Positions 40,150-53,256 of a DNA stretch of 64,000 nt are shown here, piece by piece. This DNA is from Camelus ferus (lineage: Eukaryota), in assembly GCF_009834535.1 (NCBI RefSeq), contig NC_045696.1, forward strand, positions 45,014,001-45,078,000. The letters are read 5' to 3'. The translations under genes were made by a program, and so were the position numbers. Within the stretch, counting starts at the first letter, position 1. Each line of letters starts with the position of its first letter. Under the pieces are notes generated by a model, which ran no database searches, was not told where the DNA came from, and was given only the letters and a program-made list of their open reading frames with translations.

Positions 40150-43027
40150 ACATTTTTTGAGCCTCATCCTTAAAGTTTCTGGATTATAAACTATTAATCC
40201 TAAGTGTGAAGATTCAGTTTGGTATTGGTCTCACTTTGCAGAATTTAGACATATTTATTCAATAATGCCACTTCTCTTTTCCTACCTATTTTTACTACCT
40301 CCTGGTCAACAGACTAAGAAAGCAAAAGCAGAACTATTAAAACATTCAATAACTTCGCATAAAGATCTAACAACTAAAGAACTTCCCAACCAGTTTACCC
40401 AGACACATGATGTGTTACCGATCCCGTCGGGACTCCAGGCAGGCAAAACCACTTGGCAGCTGGGCTCGGGTCTTGAGCAGAGAGGCTGGCCCGGCCATGA
40501 CTTCAGAAAGGTTGAGACGCACAGAAATGAGGCATTAGGCGTATGACACCCAGAGAGTTTTGTCTGTGGCCTGCTTTTTAGGTCTGACTCTGAAAACTGC
40601 CTTTAGGAGTTCTACCAAGCCCTTTGAACAATATAAGTCTTTCCCAGTTTTAACTCAATCCTAATGTTTTGTTCTTGCTGATAACTCCTTAAGAGCTGCT
40701 TTATAAAAATCATAATCTGCTTGGCTGTTCTTAGAACTAACCTCTCAATGGTTCTGTTTTTGGAAACAATACTGCTTTCAAGTTTAAAGGCACTGGTTGG
40801 GTCAAATGAAAGCATTCTCACATGGCCTCAATATGTAGTAAGATAAATAACAGGCATGCTTCTGTATGAGAACTAAGTTATGCAAAAACACAGACTAGTA
40901 TTAGAGCATAAGGAAGATAAAAGAATTCATCCTTTTAAAAGGCTGCATTATTCATTCATCTGTTCATTCAAAAAATATTGTGGAACTCTGAGGTGGAAAA
41001 CCCATGGAAGACTAAAAGATGGTTTCTCTAATGATCTAATAAAGTTAATTTTGGTGACTACAGAAATATGTCTGAGATCCAGAAGGAGCTTTAAATTTGG
41101 CTTTCATCCCCAAAATAAAAATCTTACAAGATGAATTAAGAAGCTTTCTCAAGTAAGCAAAGAGAAGAGACAAGGGTACAAGGGTTTGGAAAGTAGGGAG
41201 AGTATTTAATAGGCATTTCAAGAAACCCCCATTTGATTTAGTAGTGATTTTACTCAGGTAGCAGTTGGACAGAAATTTCAGCCCCTTGATGTCTTTGGTT
41301 ATAAATAAAGGGAAGTAAAGATGTCTCAAATGCGTAATTCTCTGTGGCTTGAGCTGCCAGCAAAACCACCTCTCTTGAAAAATGTGTCAGCAATTGTCCC
41401 AATTTTTACTGAACTTTTGACAAGCAAACAATCTTGTAACTCACCAGAATTTTCAGTTTTCAAAAAGAAATAACACAAGTAATTTGTTGGATAGACTTTC
41501 TTATAAACTTTAAAGATAAAGTTTATTTTGAAGGTTACCAACTGTTTGCATTAGGCTCAGGGTGTTAATATATGGGCTGTAACTTCAAGAAATCCTCTCA
41601 GTTCTTGTTCCCAGAACCCTGCAATCCTTTTCTGCTTTTGCTACCACTTACAAATATTTAGTTATTATACTCTTGGCTGTTAGTTGAATTCAGATGAGGA
41701 TGAATCTTTTCTTTTTTCAATTCCTTATTTGTGAGTAGATAGAAGAGCGTTATATAAATAGCTAGATCTCTGGAATGCAGACTGTCTGTGTTAAAGGTAA
41801 TAATATCCCTTAGTGCCTAAAAATAATTCAGATTACATTTTACTTAAGAAGTGGTAAGAAGACTTCAATATTTTTGAAGTCAAAAAGTTGTATTTCTACT
41901 AAGTGCGCATTGCTCAGTGTAAGCATATCCTAATCATAGTGGTAGCTATAGATAAACACAGTGATTCGTAAAGGAAAAAAAAAAAGGGGGAAACCTAATG
42001 TTATGGTTAATTCATCAGTGTTGAAGGATTAAAACCATCAAAAGTGTATGCCAATATGGTATGTCTTATTTCATCAGCTAATGCATAAATATAGAATTTA
42101 ACTACAGGATAAAAACAATAATCTATGTGTAAGTAATCACTCTTTCTCCTTAATGCTCCACCAGGGTTCTGTCTATATTCAAGGACATTCTAAGGAAGCT
42201 CTCCCATCAAAGGGAACCCTTAAAAGGTTACTGAAGAAACCATTTGCCTCTTAATCATCTTACTGAGAGATTTCCGACAAAAGTTTTGCCAAGTTTTAAG
42301 TTATGCTGACTTCAGATATTTAATTCCTATTATTTACCAAGCTCACCTGGGTTTGTGTCTGGATAGGAAGTACCTAAAGGAAAACGTCTTTAGCTAGTTT
42401 GTGAGATAATGCAAGTTGGTTATAACACGATCTTCATTTCTGTATCTTGTTCACACATGTATACTTCCTGTGTAATGATACACAGGGAACCTGAATCCCA
42501 GTGCTAAGGCCTTTCCCCACTTCAATTTTGGATCTTAATCAAGCTTCCTCTAGGAAGCAGTCCCTAATTCCTGCATTCCTGAAGCAACGGTTCCCTTGTC
42601 TGAATTGTCAGGACAATTTATTTGGGCCATTTTTCAAAGTATCTATCCCTTTCTGCCTTTTACTTTGTATCTGTGCTTTATGTATGTGCTAAGCTGTAAA
42701 AAAAAAAAAAAAAATTCATGAGCTTTTCCTGTGCACTCTTATGTACCTCTGCTTCTTAGAGCAAACTACTGAACTCAATGGATGTTCATCAAATAAATAA
42801 ATGTCATACAACTAATATTTACTTGGTAAAACAAAATTACTCAGTTACTGAGGTATACTTCTGATGGCTTAACAGGAAAAAAAAAAAGCAATCAAAAACA
42901 CATCAAAAGCTCAAAAGCACTCCAGTATATTCTCAAAATACCGAGGTAAAATCTATACTGTCTACACCATGCAAGTCCAGGTCATTCTTCAGACACAGAT
43001 CCAAACTCTAAAATGATCTGCACTTAC

Positions 43028-43174
43028 TTGTCTCCAAAGAACTTCCTCCAGAATTCAGCAGCATCTGCTTTCGTGATACGAAAATTATCTCCCTGGAACT
43101 GCCCATTGGGGAAGATTGCTTTGATTTCTGCCAGCATGTGACTGAAGATAAGGGACAGTTTTGTGAGATTCCGC
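43028..43174 (-). CDS. CBLB: CBLB coding exon (~exon 4), end of the TKB four-helix bundle
   Basis: Minus strand reads cttcag|G CGG AAT CTC...GGA GAC AA|gtaagtg; 147 bp. Translates to [49 protein letters not shown], the Cbl-b version rather than c-Cbl. Confidence 0.98.
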
Positions 43175-46100
43175 CTGAAGATACAAGGGGGGAGGAAGGA
43201 AGAAAAAAGTAAATATATACGCATATAGGTTTTCATGGGAAATACATTATGAAAAAACAAAATTATGTACAAGATCAACCTTGGTCTTGGTGATTGGTCA
43301 CAAACCTCAACCTCATAAAGCCCTTAAAAACAATACTCTTAAGAACTATATATATAAAGTCCTAACAGGGTTTCTATTAGTCATCCATGTACTTATTTAA
43401 TATAAACATGTACAACATAAAGTAGGTAGTTTAATAGGAGAGATGGACACTAAAAAACTCACAAATATAAATGCTAAACACAAAAGACAGAGTGCCTGCT
43501 TTCTACATGGGAGGATAAGGACAGATGTGTCACTGGAGGAGAATCTAGGAGAGAAGTAGTTGTTTGACGTATGAAAGACCTGGAGTGGAGAGGAGGGAAG
43601 GGAAGGAGGCACTCTGGGCAGCAGCAACGGCAATGGGCAGAAGTGCAGAGGTATGGGGTTCCGCAAGGCCAGAGCAGAGCAAAGGTGCATAGAGGAAACA
43701 GCACAAGACAGGATGAGACAGTTCAGCTGGGACATGACCTAAGGAGGCATCCGAGCCAATGAACAAAGGTTTCAAAAAGTACACTCATCACTTCTATCTA
43801 CAAATCAGAGTTTCTGATGAGAGGTTTCAGACAGAACCCAGTAGGGAGGTTTCAGGTATGTGCGTATTTTAGAATCTCCCTGGGTGATTCTGATGCAGTC
43901 CCCTCAATCAAAAGCTACCCCTATAAGGAATAAGGAGCCAAAATGGAGTTAAAAGATTTAGGGAACGACCAAATCTCTGTTTCAGAAAGAAAAAGTTATG
44001 TAGGTACGAAAAAAATGGTTTGGAATGGATGGAAATGTAGGTGTTGTCTCCATTCTAATTTTCATGGTAAGTTCTGGGGATCCCGACATGATTTAAAACA
44101 TGCTTCCAAACAGGCGTCATATTTTAAAACAACAGTATCATATGCATTCCTTCTTAGCTTCTCCTAAGTTTACAACATTAATTATGTTAATCAGTCCAAC
44201 ACTGCTAGTGCCAGACAGTAAGGAAGCAACTGAAACATAAAATGCTTTGCCTCTTTATATTCTTGTTTATTCAGAATCACCAGAACACAGTAAGTACATA
44301 TATAATATTTTTCTATTTCTAAGCTTCAGCTGCTTTTGCGCATGTGCTAAGAGGAGTAGGGGAAGGGGAAGCAATTACATTAGCACTCAGAGTAAATACA
44401 GAGGGAAAATAGAGAAAGACATCAAATCTGCAATGCATATAAAACCCATACAATGTTTCAGCAGGCCTTTGACACTGAAAGTTGTCGTTATTTTCCTCAT
44501 TTTTATTCATGTACCTGTGTTTATTGACTCTCAAATAACAAGCAAAAAAACCTGTTAGGTACCAAAGAAATCATATAATATGCACCTCTCAGTAAAGTCA
44601 ATGAAAAAGAAACACGTAACTTTCTACAGAATACAGAATAAATGAAGGTTCTCATGATAAAAAATGGGAGAAGTCAGAATGAGGAGAAAGCAATAAAGTA
44701 TAAAATCTCAAAAAATTCACCGCTACTGGAAAACCAAAAAGTTCCCATTTCCATAACCTTTACTATCTATGAGAAGATTTATGAGAAAGAGGGGTCAGAA
44801 CTCAGGCCTTATTTTAGTGTTTGAATGGCAATAATAAACAATATACAAAATTATTATGGTTACACGTTAATACTCATCATTTTCTCAGATGTGGTCACAT
44901 TCCCACACAACTCAGCCTAATTCAAAGGTGAAACATCTTTAATGAGCTGAATCTTTGATCCTCTCGTTTACGTCAACACATCCTCATTTAGATGATGGGA
45001 GATACAAGAAATTCAGTCTTACGAAATGAAAAGTGAGCTGATGAACTACATCAAAGGAAAGAACTGTGGCCAATACAAACTGCAACTGACTTGAAATTTG
45101 AGTTCAAGGAAAAACAGAGTCACTTTAGAAAATCTGCAACAAATTTTACTTCTATAATTAGGCAAAAGAGTTAATTTTCCACCAAACTTCCAATTGATTC
45201 ATACAAAGGAAAGAGAAAAATCAAGATGGCAGTAATTAGGGTAAACCAACTGTCCCTTATTTCTGAATTGGTTGATTTCCATCCCCTTGTTTCTTTGTTC
45301 TTTGATCATATCCAACTGCTTTTCATTTTTATTTGTTAGATCTAAAGCCTGAAGCACAATGCCAGTGATCACCCCTCTTGCATATCTGACCCACTGGCTC
45401 TGCAGGCACCAACCTTTAAAACAAATAGTGACATCTCACCGTTGTAACTTACAGTCTAGAAGCACGAGTAATCCCTAGTACCCATATAACTAATCACTGT
45501 GCAATTATACTGCATGTATAGTTACATTTTCTTATTCCTACAAGCAGATAACCACATTTTTATTTGACTTTTTGCATAAACTAAGGTAATGAAAAGATTT
45601 TTAAAGAAAATGAAATTCAAGTTCTTAAAAATATGTGAATGTAACAGTTTTATGTTACCCTATTTGTCACATATACTAGAATGTTTATATTTAGTTTATA
45701 TCTAATTTATAAAAACACACACCATACACATGTAAATGATTATTTTGGAAATCCATTCTTTGAAAGACTGGTTTACAAAGGCTGCAATCCACACCAAGAT
45801 ATGAAAAGAACTGACAGCCAATTCTACTAGCTGATGTCATTTAAATTTATTGTCATAGCAAATAGGTTTTGTCTTTTATATGACTATGTGGGAGTTTTTT
45901 GTTTACTATATTTTGCTTTATGTTACACACTTTAATTCCCCTCCTGACTCTGTACTTTTGGATACCCATTTAAAAAACAAATAACCTCAAATTTTGAAAA
46001 TAAAATCCAAGAATACAGTCATCTCTAATTATCCCGACATAGAGGAAAGGCAACAACCACACAACTTTATGGATGAGCTTTTTTCCCTATTAGAATATTT

Positions 46101-46748
46101 TTCCATACTTGGCCAATTTTCCCTTGGCCACTTGATTGCCCCTCATCATAGGACCAAAAATGATGACTGCTTAATAAAGGATCTGAAGCACCTAACTAAG
46201 AACACAGTTCTATACTAAACGTCCCTTACCCCAACACAATGAAGAAAATAAAGTTTATCTACAAAGACTCAAAAATCTTCTGAACATAACTTTAACTACA
46301 TTTACAAGAAACTTTGCAATGCTTTCAATATAAGAGATACCTTATTTTGACTAGTTACCACCACATATCTCCCATTAACCATCACAAGCTAAGCCATTTC
46401 TTAAATGTGTTTTGAGGGAGATTCTGTTTATGAGAAATAATTTTGGAGAAAAAGTATTCTGATATACTAGGTCATCAAAAAGTAGCTTCTATATGTTAAT
46501 ACTGGGTAAACCAGTAAAGATGTTCATGTATTAGAGGAGCCTTAAAGAAGAGGGAGGGAGAGAGGAGTAAAGACAAAGGAGAGGGGGAAGACGAAGAAAA
46601 CTATCTTTTCTTTTTCTTTCTTTCTTTTTTTTTTTCAAGCATAAGAAATGTATCAGCAATGTCAAGAATAACACCTAAGAAGCAAGGTTACCTCTTTTAT
46701 CTTGGATTCAATCACCTAACACGGTCTTTCTTTAAAACAGTATGAATC

Positions 46749-46888
46749 GGGGGAGGGTATAGCTCAGTGGTAGAGCACATGCTTAGCATGCGTGAGGTAC
46801 TAGGTTCAATCCCCAGTACCCCCTTTAAAATAAATAAATAAACCTAATTACCCCCTCACCCCTTCACACACACAAAACACAAAAAGGT
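46749..46888 (+). mobile_element. tRNA-Ala(AGC)-derived SINE (camelid Vic-1-like), full length
   Basis: GGGGGAGGGTATAGCTCAGTGGTAGAGCACATGCTTAGCATGCGTGAGGTACTAGGTTCAATCCCCAGTACC with A and B boxes, then an (AAAT)n AACCTAATTACC tail. TSD agtatgaatc (46739-46748) / agtatgagtc (46889-46898). Confidence 0.92.
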
Positions 46889-48246
46889 AGTATGAGTCAA
46901 TTTCTCCAAAATTCAAGTTACATTACTGCACAGAATATGCAGCTGGAAATGATGGAGCTTCACTGTTTATGAGTAAGTCTTAGTAGCTCAAGGTGTCTAC
47001 AGCCAACATCATAAGGAGACTGGAGGTACACAAAACGATGTAGGATGACACAATTCTACCCTTTAAAAATTTCTCCCACAATATGGGAGAAAAAGACATG
47101 AATACATTATTATGATACAATATATAGTGGGGACAATGCATTAACTACAGCCATCTTGAGGTGATGAACTTGACAAATGATGACTAAACAAAACATCAAG
47201 ATTTGATTAGTAGCTGCTTAAGTATAGAAGACACAAAGAATGTAGTCTAATTAGACCGCATATAGTCCTTGCATTTTCTCAACTCAAGAAACAACTATGT
47301 CATAAGTCAAGGAAGGAATAAAAAGCTTTAAATGCTGAATTAGTGAAAAACTTGAAATGACACTTTATATCAGTGAGTTCCAAAGTTTGTGAGAATGTTC
47401 TGTTTTTGGTAGAAGTGGAAGACCATTTTTTTTATATCTCCAAACTATTAGTAATTCAATGCTAACACTTAAAAGCTAGAACATGTGCTTCTTAATCTTT
47501 ACAAGGTGAAACAAATTCAACATAAAGAGAAAGGCAGCATGTAAAACAAACGGTGGTACTTAAAATGAGACGCACGTCCAGTTAAAGAACAATTTCCATT
47601 CACTCCATTTCTGATGCAGCGCTCTCCAAGATAGGTTCAGAGTGTCACTTCACACTGTTTCTGACCTTGGGAACAGTTTGATTCCGAAAAAAGTGAGGAT
47701 CCTAGGCTGATGTAAGCCTTACCTTTCATTTCCCCTTCTTGGGAACAGAGATTATTATTAAGTCTGAGAGCCTTAAGTAAAACTGGATCTTACCCATTCC
47801 CCTGCCCAAGCACTTTAAAGTTTTTAATACTCCAAATTTCAACAAAGACTCAGAGTCTACCCCATGTCATTAAGAGAAGCCAAGTGTGAGCTGAGACATT
47901 CTAACCTGAGACACAGGCAGTAGCACAAGTTTGCAAGCTGCTCCGTGTTACTCCACTGAACCGCTCACTTTAAAAGGGTTTGGCAAACTATGTCAGTCCA
48001 AAAGCTCCATGAAAATAGGTAACCAAGGAAGAGTCTTTTCTTTTGTTAAAGAATAAACCATCCACCACTAACATGGCTAGGGAGACCAAGGCATGAAACT
48101 GCGGCTGGAAAAGACGAACCCTGGGCATCCTTTGACCTCTATTATGTGTTGCATACAAAGGTCTATTAAGAGCGAGAGGTTGTCCTGCCAGATAAACTTG
48201 ATGCTTTCAGGGTAAATAAATTTGCTTTCTAAAATAAATAGCTTTG

Positions 48247-48450
48247 CAGATACTAGTCAATACACATAAAACAGATAAACAAGTTTATACTGTATAGCAC
48301 AGAGAACTATGTTCAATATGTTGTAGTCACCTATGGTGAAAAAGAATATGAAAACGAATATATGTATGTTCCTATATGACTGAACTATTGTGCTGTACAC
48401 CAGAAATGGACACAACATTGTAAACTGACTATCCTTCAATAAAAAATAAG
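48247..48450 (+). mobile_element. Short young L1 3' tail with perfect 12-bp TSD
   Basis: Collinear with the L1 3'UTR at 59775-59975. TSD taaatagctttg at 48235-48246 and 48451-48462. Confidence 0.92.
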
Positions 48451-48604
48451 TAAATAGCTTTGAACGGACAATCTACAAATGCTTTACATAAACATAACCA
48501 AAACATGAAATATCCCTGTCATGGTCAAACATAATATCCACTGACAAGTTCCCAGGAAATATTCAAAAGATATTCTGCTTAATTTTTCTACTATCCTATA
48601 TTAA

Positions 48605-48830
48605 AGAGTTTGGCCCTGAAGTTTGATAGGGCACACTGGGTTCATCTCCTTACTCTGCTGGTAGTCTTGAACAAGTTACTTAACTTCTCTGAATCAGCTT
48701 CCTCATTTCTAAAAATTTTAAATAAAAATTCCTGTCTCACAGAATTGTTATGAGGAGTAAATAAGGTATGAAGGTAAGAGCCTAACACACCTATGTTTAA
48801 AAACTCTCAATAAATGTAAGTTATTTATTA
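48605..48830 (+). mobile_element. MIR SINE relic
   Basis: ctgggttcatctcc...tcttgaacaagttacttaacttctctgaatcagcttcctcatttctaaaa...tcacagaattgttatgagga...ctcaataaatgtaag. Confidence 0.8.
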
Positions 48831-51800
48831 ATTCTACCTATCACTTCTGTTTAAAAATATAAGTATCCTGATAGTCTTTCTTCTTTTCCTCATGTAATAC
48901 TCTTGTCATGTAAACCAATGACCATCTAAATAAGGTAAAAATCAATACTCTCACCTTATTAAGACCATCAATTGTTATGGTGGCCTTTTATAATCCCACA
49001 GTAAACAATGGGCGAGTATTTAATGAATCCATTTCAGTCATTTATTCTGCAAATCTCGACTGAATGGCTACTAGGCTTGGTCCAGGAAGGCACTGATGAT
49101 ACAAAGATGAAGATAACACAATCCTACTCTTACTGAATCTAAGGGGCTTAGGGACTGGCAAAGGGACAGAGCAACACAGCAGGAATAAAGTTGAAAGAGA
49201 ATCAGCACAAAGGCAGTAATCAGTCAGACAGGGGAGTTTAGAATTTCTCGGGTGATGGATATAGTTCCGACCAGAATGTGGCCCTGCAATGGGTAGGAAC
49301 AGTAAAGTAAAGGTGAATTAGGTGAGGAACTAGATAATTCCAAGGTTGAATGGGATCATTCACGTGGATTTTGAAGTTTCCTATGACTATGACAGGAGTT
49401 TGCATGGAAAAAAAGGACTACAAGCCGTATCTCAGTATATTTAATAAAGCTTTCCAAATAATCTTTAAAAATGTCAGCTATTTTAACTTTGCAGCAATGC
49501 CAAAGAAATATTAACAACATCCCTTTGATGATTTTAACAAATAGTTTCATACAGAAAATTTATTATGAGAAGCTATTTTTGTATGATATGATCACTGGTA
49601 CTTTCATCTTGTTCAAAAGCTTAACAATATCTACTTCAATAGAGAAAACACTTTTGTCTTTAGTATTGAATTTCTTTTGATTAAACCTAACTTGTAACAA
49701 GTATTCTTTTGTAAAGTAAATCTTAAAAATGTAGACCAGTCTATTACTTGAGAGAGAAAAGAAAAGATCTATTCCTGTATTCCTTTTTATTTAAGATAAA
49801 ATACAATGAAACTTCTGTGAATTATGTGGAAAGTCATCAATAGGGTGAAATTCATATAGAAGCAACGATAGTAAAACTTTGCTTTCTTTGTTTGACTTTG
49901 TCAGATTCTTTTTCAAAACAAAAAGAAACATTAGAAGTTCAAACTATACTTTTATGACCCTGGGTAATTTGATAAAAGAAGAGTCTTATCAACAAACTTG
50001 ACCTTGAAGCAACATAGTTTTGAATAACCTAGAGTCACTTTTGTTCTTTGCAATTTTCAGCAGATCATCAAAAAAAAAAATTATAGTGAAGTAGCAATCT
50101 GAATTATGTCAATTAGTATTTATTATTTCTTATGAAAATTTTAAATTATTTTTACTTGTTACATTCCCTACTCCACTGTTTTTTTTTTTTTTATCACTTT
50201 TACACTTCAAGGATAGGTTGTCTTAATTTTTACCCAGTAGAATATAGTTTAAAGTTTTCCCAAAATAATCTTTTTTTCAAGGATTTCTCCTGTCCATGGG
50301 ACCACGTTACCGCTCCTCCGTTTCTCACACCCATCGGAATGGTCTGCTCTTTCCTGATCCACACCTTGGGTTAATCCATCTCTTTTTCCTCACTGGTTCA
50401 AGAGTTCCTACACCTCAGCCTGTTGAAGTTTCACTGGCACCATTTTATGTCAAAGTACTACCTTGGTATCTTTTCCACCCCACTTCCCGGATGTCAGCTA
50501 CCAGGAATTAGGGGACACATCACTTCCACCACTTCACATTACCTGCCACAGCACAAAGTTTTCTCTGAAGAGCACCACAGTCATTCTATATGCACATTGC
50601 TTTTCACCTCTATCAGAGCAAAAGTCTCTGCTGAAGAGGAGAAAGTCTTACTATAATTGTAACAGCTTCTTAGACATAAAAATATTTAAAGAACTATAAA
50701 TAAGAAAGAACTCCTGATCCTAAAACTGTGTTAATGAACAGAGAGATAGAGGCAGTATATAAGAATAGCTTACAGACACACTACCTTGATGAAAAGGAAT
50801 TCTACCAAAAGTTATTTTAAGAGAGAATTAAAAATATGGAGTTTGACTCTAAATTAGGAAAAAAAATTTTTTTGCTCTGTGAGTTCTAAGATTTTTTTTC
50901 CTCTCCCTATCTTTTTTCCTTTGTCAATGGCAAAATACAGTAATAGTGAGCTAAAGGAAATTAATGGTATATGCTGCATGTGAAGTTTCCAGAATCTCAA
51001 GTAAATGTGGACACATTTGTCATACTTTCTAAGGAAGCATAACATAGTTTCCCATCACATTACTCGTTCCCTGGCAGTTACTTCCGCCTTTAACTCTGGA
51101 AATTTTCCCTATTGATACCTTTATCCCAGGTCAGCCCTGCTCCCTTGAAGTAGAACAAACGGAGGACAAAATGAGCCACAGAGAAAAGAGCCAGCTCATG
51201 CCTCTGGTCCTCATACACTGACAAGAAAACTAAAATCATGACATTTATTCCATCTCTTCCTCAGGGTTAATTTAAAATTATCTTTATTCAAATGGGTGAG
51301 GCAATTATTTCTTTGCAATTAACAAGAGAGAAATGCTTTTTTGTTTATTTCTCTAAGCAGTAAGAACGACTATCTTGGAATATTTTTTCTTTCAAAATGA
51401 AAAAAAGATAAAATAACCATAGAAAAACATGGCTGTAATAGTTGTTACCAGTGCAATTTCTTTGGGCCACTTACAAACTTCTTTAACTTTCTGAATATAG
51501 CAACAATAACAGATATACTTCAAAAAAAATTTTTTTAAGGTCTAAGACTTTCTTTAACCGGCACATGCTGAACTGGAGGCAACTTACTCTGTAGCCGAGT
51601 GGTGCTGATAGGACCTTGCAGACAAGTGGTTTCCACATTTCCAATAACAAGCCTCGTTAAGGAAACACTGGGATACAGGGGAGGAAAGCAAGGGCCCTGG
51701 CAGCACCGGGCTCTAGACACAGCTCTGCGTGCCTCATCGCTCCATGAAATGAAAAAGAGCTGAAAGCTTCTCTTATCCAAAGTTCTTTCCTCTACAACAT

Positions 51801-52689
51801 GAGGAGACTGCGGTACGTAATTTGAGGTCCCATAACATTCTGTGGGGCTGTCATCACTTCTCTTCTGGCCAGGAGGAGATGACTAGCTAGCTCTGGCACT
51901 AAAAGGTCCGCATGCTTTACACAAAACTATGAGTCTATTTCACGACTTACAATTAATTAAGTAAAGCGTGCTATATAACATTTTCCGTTTACAGACTTTC
52001 CTCAATATACCTCGGTCTGAGATTGCAGAAATCTTAAACTCAGGATAGAAGAATCAGACATAGAAAATTGAAATTACATTAAGTATACAAATTCTTTAGT
52101 GTATTTGGAAGCCTTAATTTTTATTTTGTTCATTACCATAATAGGCATCTCTGACTTTTTTCTTTTCAACAAAGAAAAATACTTGAATAACACTGGCTCT
52201 CAAAACAAAACCACAAAGCAGCAGAAATAACAAAAAGACAATTTAAAGGCTCTGTTTTTCATGTTAATGAATAGTAAACATTAGAATACTGAAACCATAT
52301 GAAAAATGTACACTACTAGAACAGCATATGCTCAAGAAGAAACTTACAGTTTAAAAAGTTGATTTTATTTATTTGTTCTCGGTAAGGAAATGTGCTAATA
52401 TATGTAGCAAGCACAGGCCAACATCGTATCTAATAATTTTAACTTTCACCTCAACCAAGAGTTATGAATATCCTTATTCAGGGAGCCTGTGATATTTACC
52501 ACACCATGGCTGATCAATAATATGAATCAAATCCCTTTACTATTTTAGTCTGATTGCAAATGGAATAACCCTCACACCAACAAAACCATCCTTAAGACAG
52601 TGGTTTTGGCGTAGGAAAACAAACAGATCTCATCTGCCTACACCCTGAAGGCCGAATACAACAAGAATTAAAAGTTTCAGCACTAAAGC

Positions 52690-52812
52690 CAAATCTACCT
52701 AAGCTTGAGCTTAAGCCACTTAGTAACTGAATGACTCTGGGCACTAAGTTAACCCCTCTAAGCCTTAGTTCCCTCATCTTTAAAAAATGAATTACAACAG
52801 CACTTACAGGAT
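52690..52812 (+). mobile_element. MIR relic interrupted by the adjacent MaLR LTR
   Basis: ccacttagtaactgaatgactctgggc...aagttaacccctctaagccttagttccctcatctttaaaa is the MIR core. Confidence 0.7.
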
Positions 52813-53256
52813 TTGTGCAGGATTACAGGTGGCCAAAAACTCTTTGCCACTCTTTCCACCATGGAGTAGAGTCTATTTCCCCTCCCCTTGTACCTAGGCT
52901 GGCCTAAGCCTTGCTCTGATCAACACAATGTGGCAGAAATTACACTGTGTAAATTCTGAGGCTAGGCCCTAAGAGATTTGCAGTGTCTGCCTTTGCACCT
53001 TGGAACTTAGTGGTCATGGTATGAGGAAACCCAAGCAGTCATGCAGAAAGGCCCCAGTGAGTCCCCAGCTGCAAGGCACCAACAAATGCTGGGCATGTGA
53101 GTGAGGCCACTGGACTTTCCAGCTGAACCAACATCCCAGCCAACACCACATAAAATAGAAGCTGACCCAGAAAATCAGAGCAAAAAGTAATTGTTGTTGT
53201 TTGAACTAAGCTACTAAGTTTTACGGCAGTCTGATACCCAGCAGTAAATTAACTGG
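52813..53256 (+). mobile_element. MaLR solo LTR (MLT1F/H-like)
   Basis: ggtggccaaaaactctttgccactc...gagtctatttcccctccccttg...ggctggcct...aatgtggcagaa...catgtgagtgaggcc...ctaagttt...cagcagtaaattaactg follows MLT1 architecture. Confidence 0.8.

Noticed and set aside
46013..46200. TACAGTCATCTCT resembling a Tigger terminal inverted repeat
   Set aside because: I could not find a matching second TIR, so the call is unsupported.
46749..46825. Apparent tRNA-Ala(AGC) gene
   Set aside because: It has an extended G-rich 5' end, a SINE-type tail and a TSD, with a related copy at 15399. It is a SINE, not a tRNA gene.
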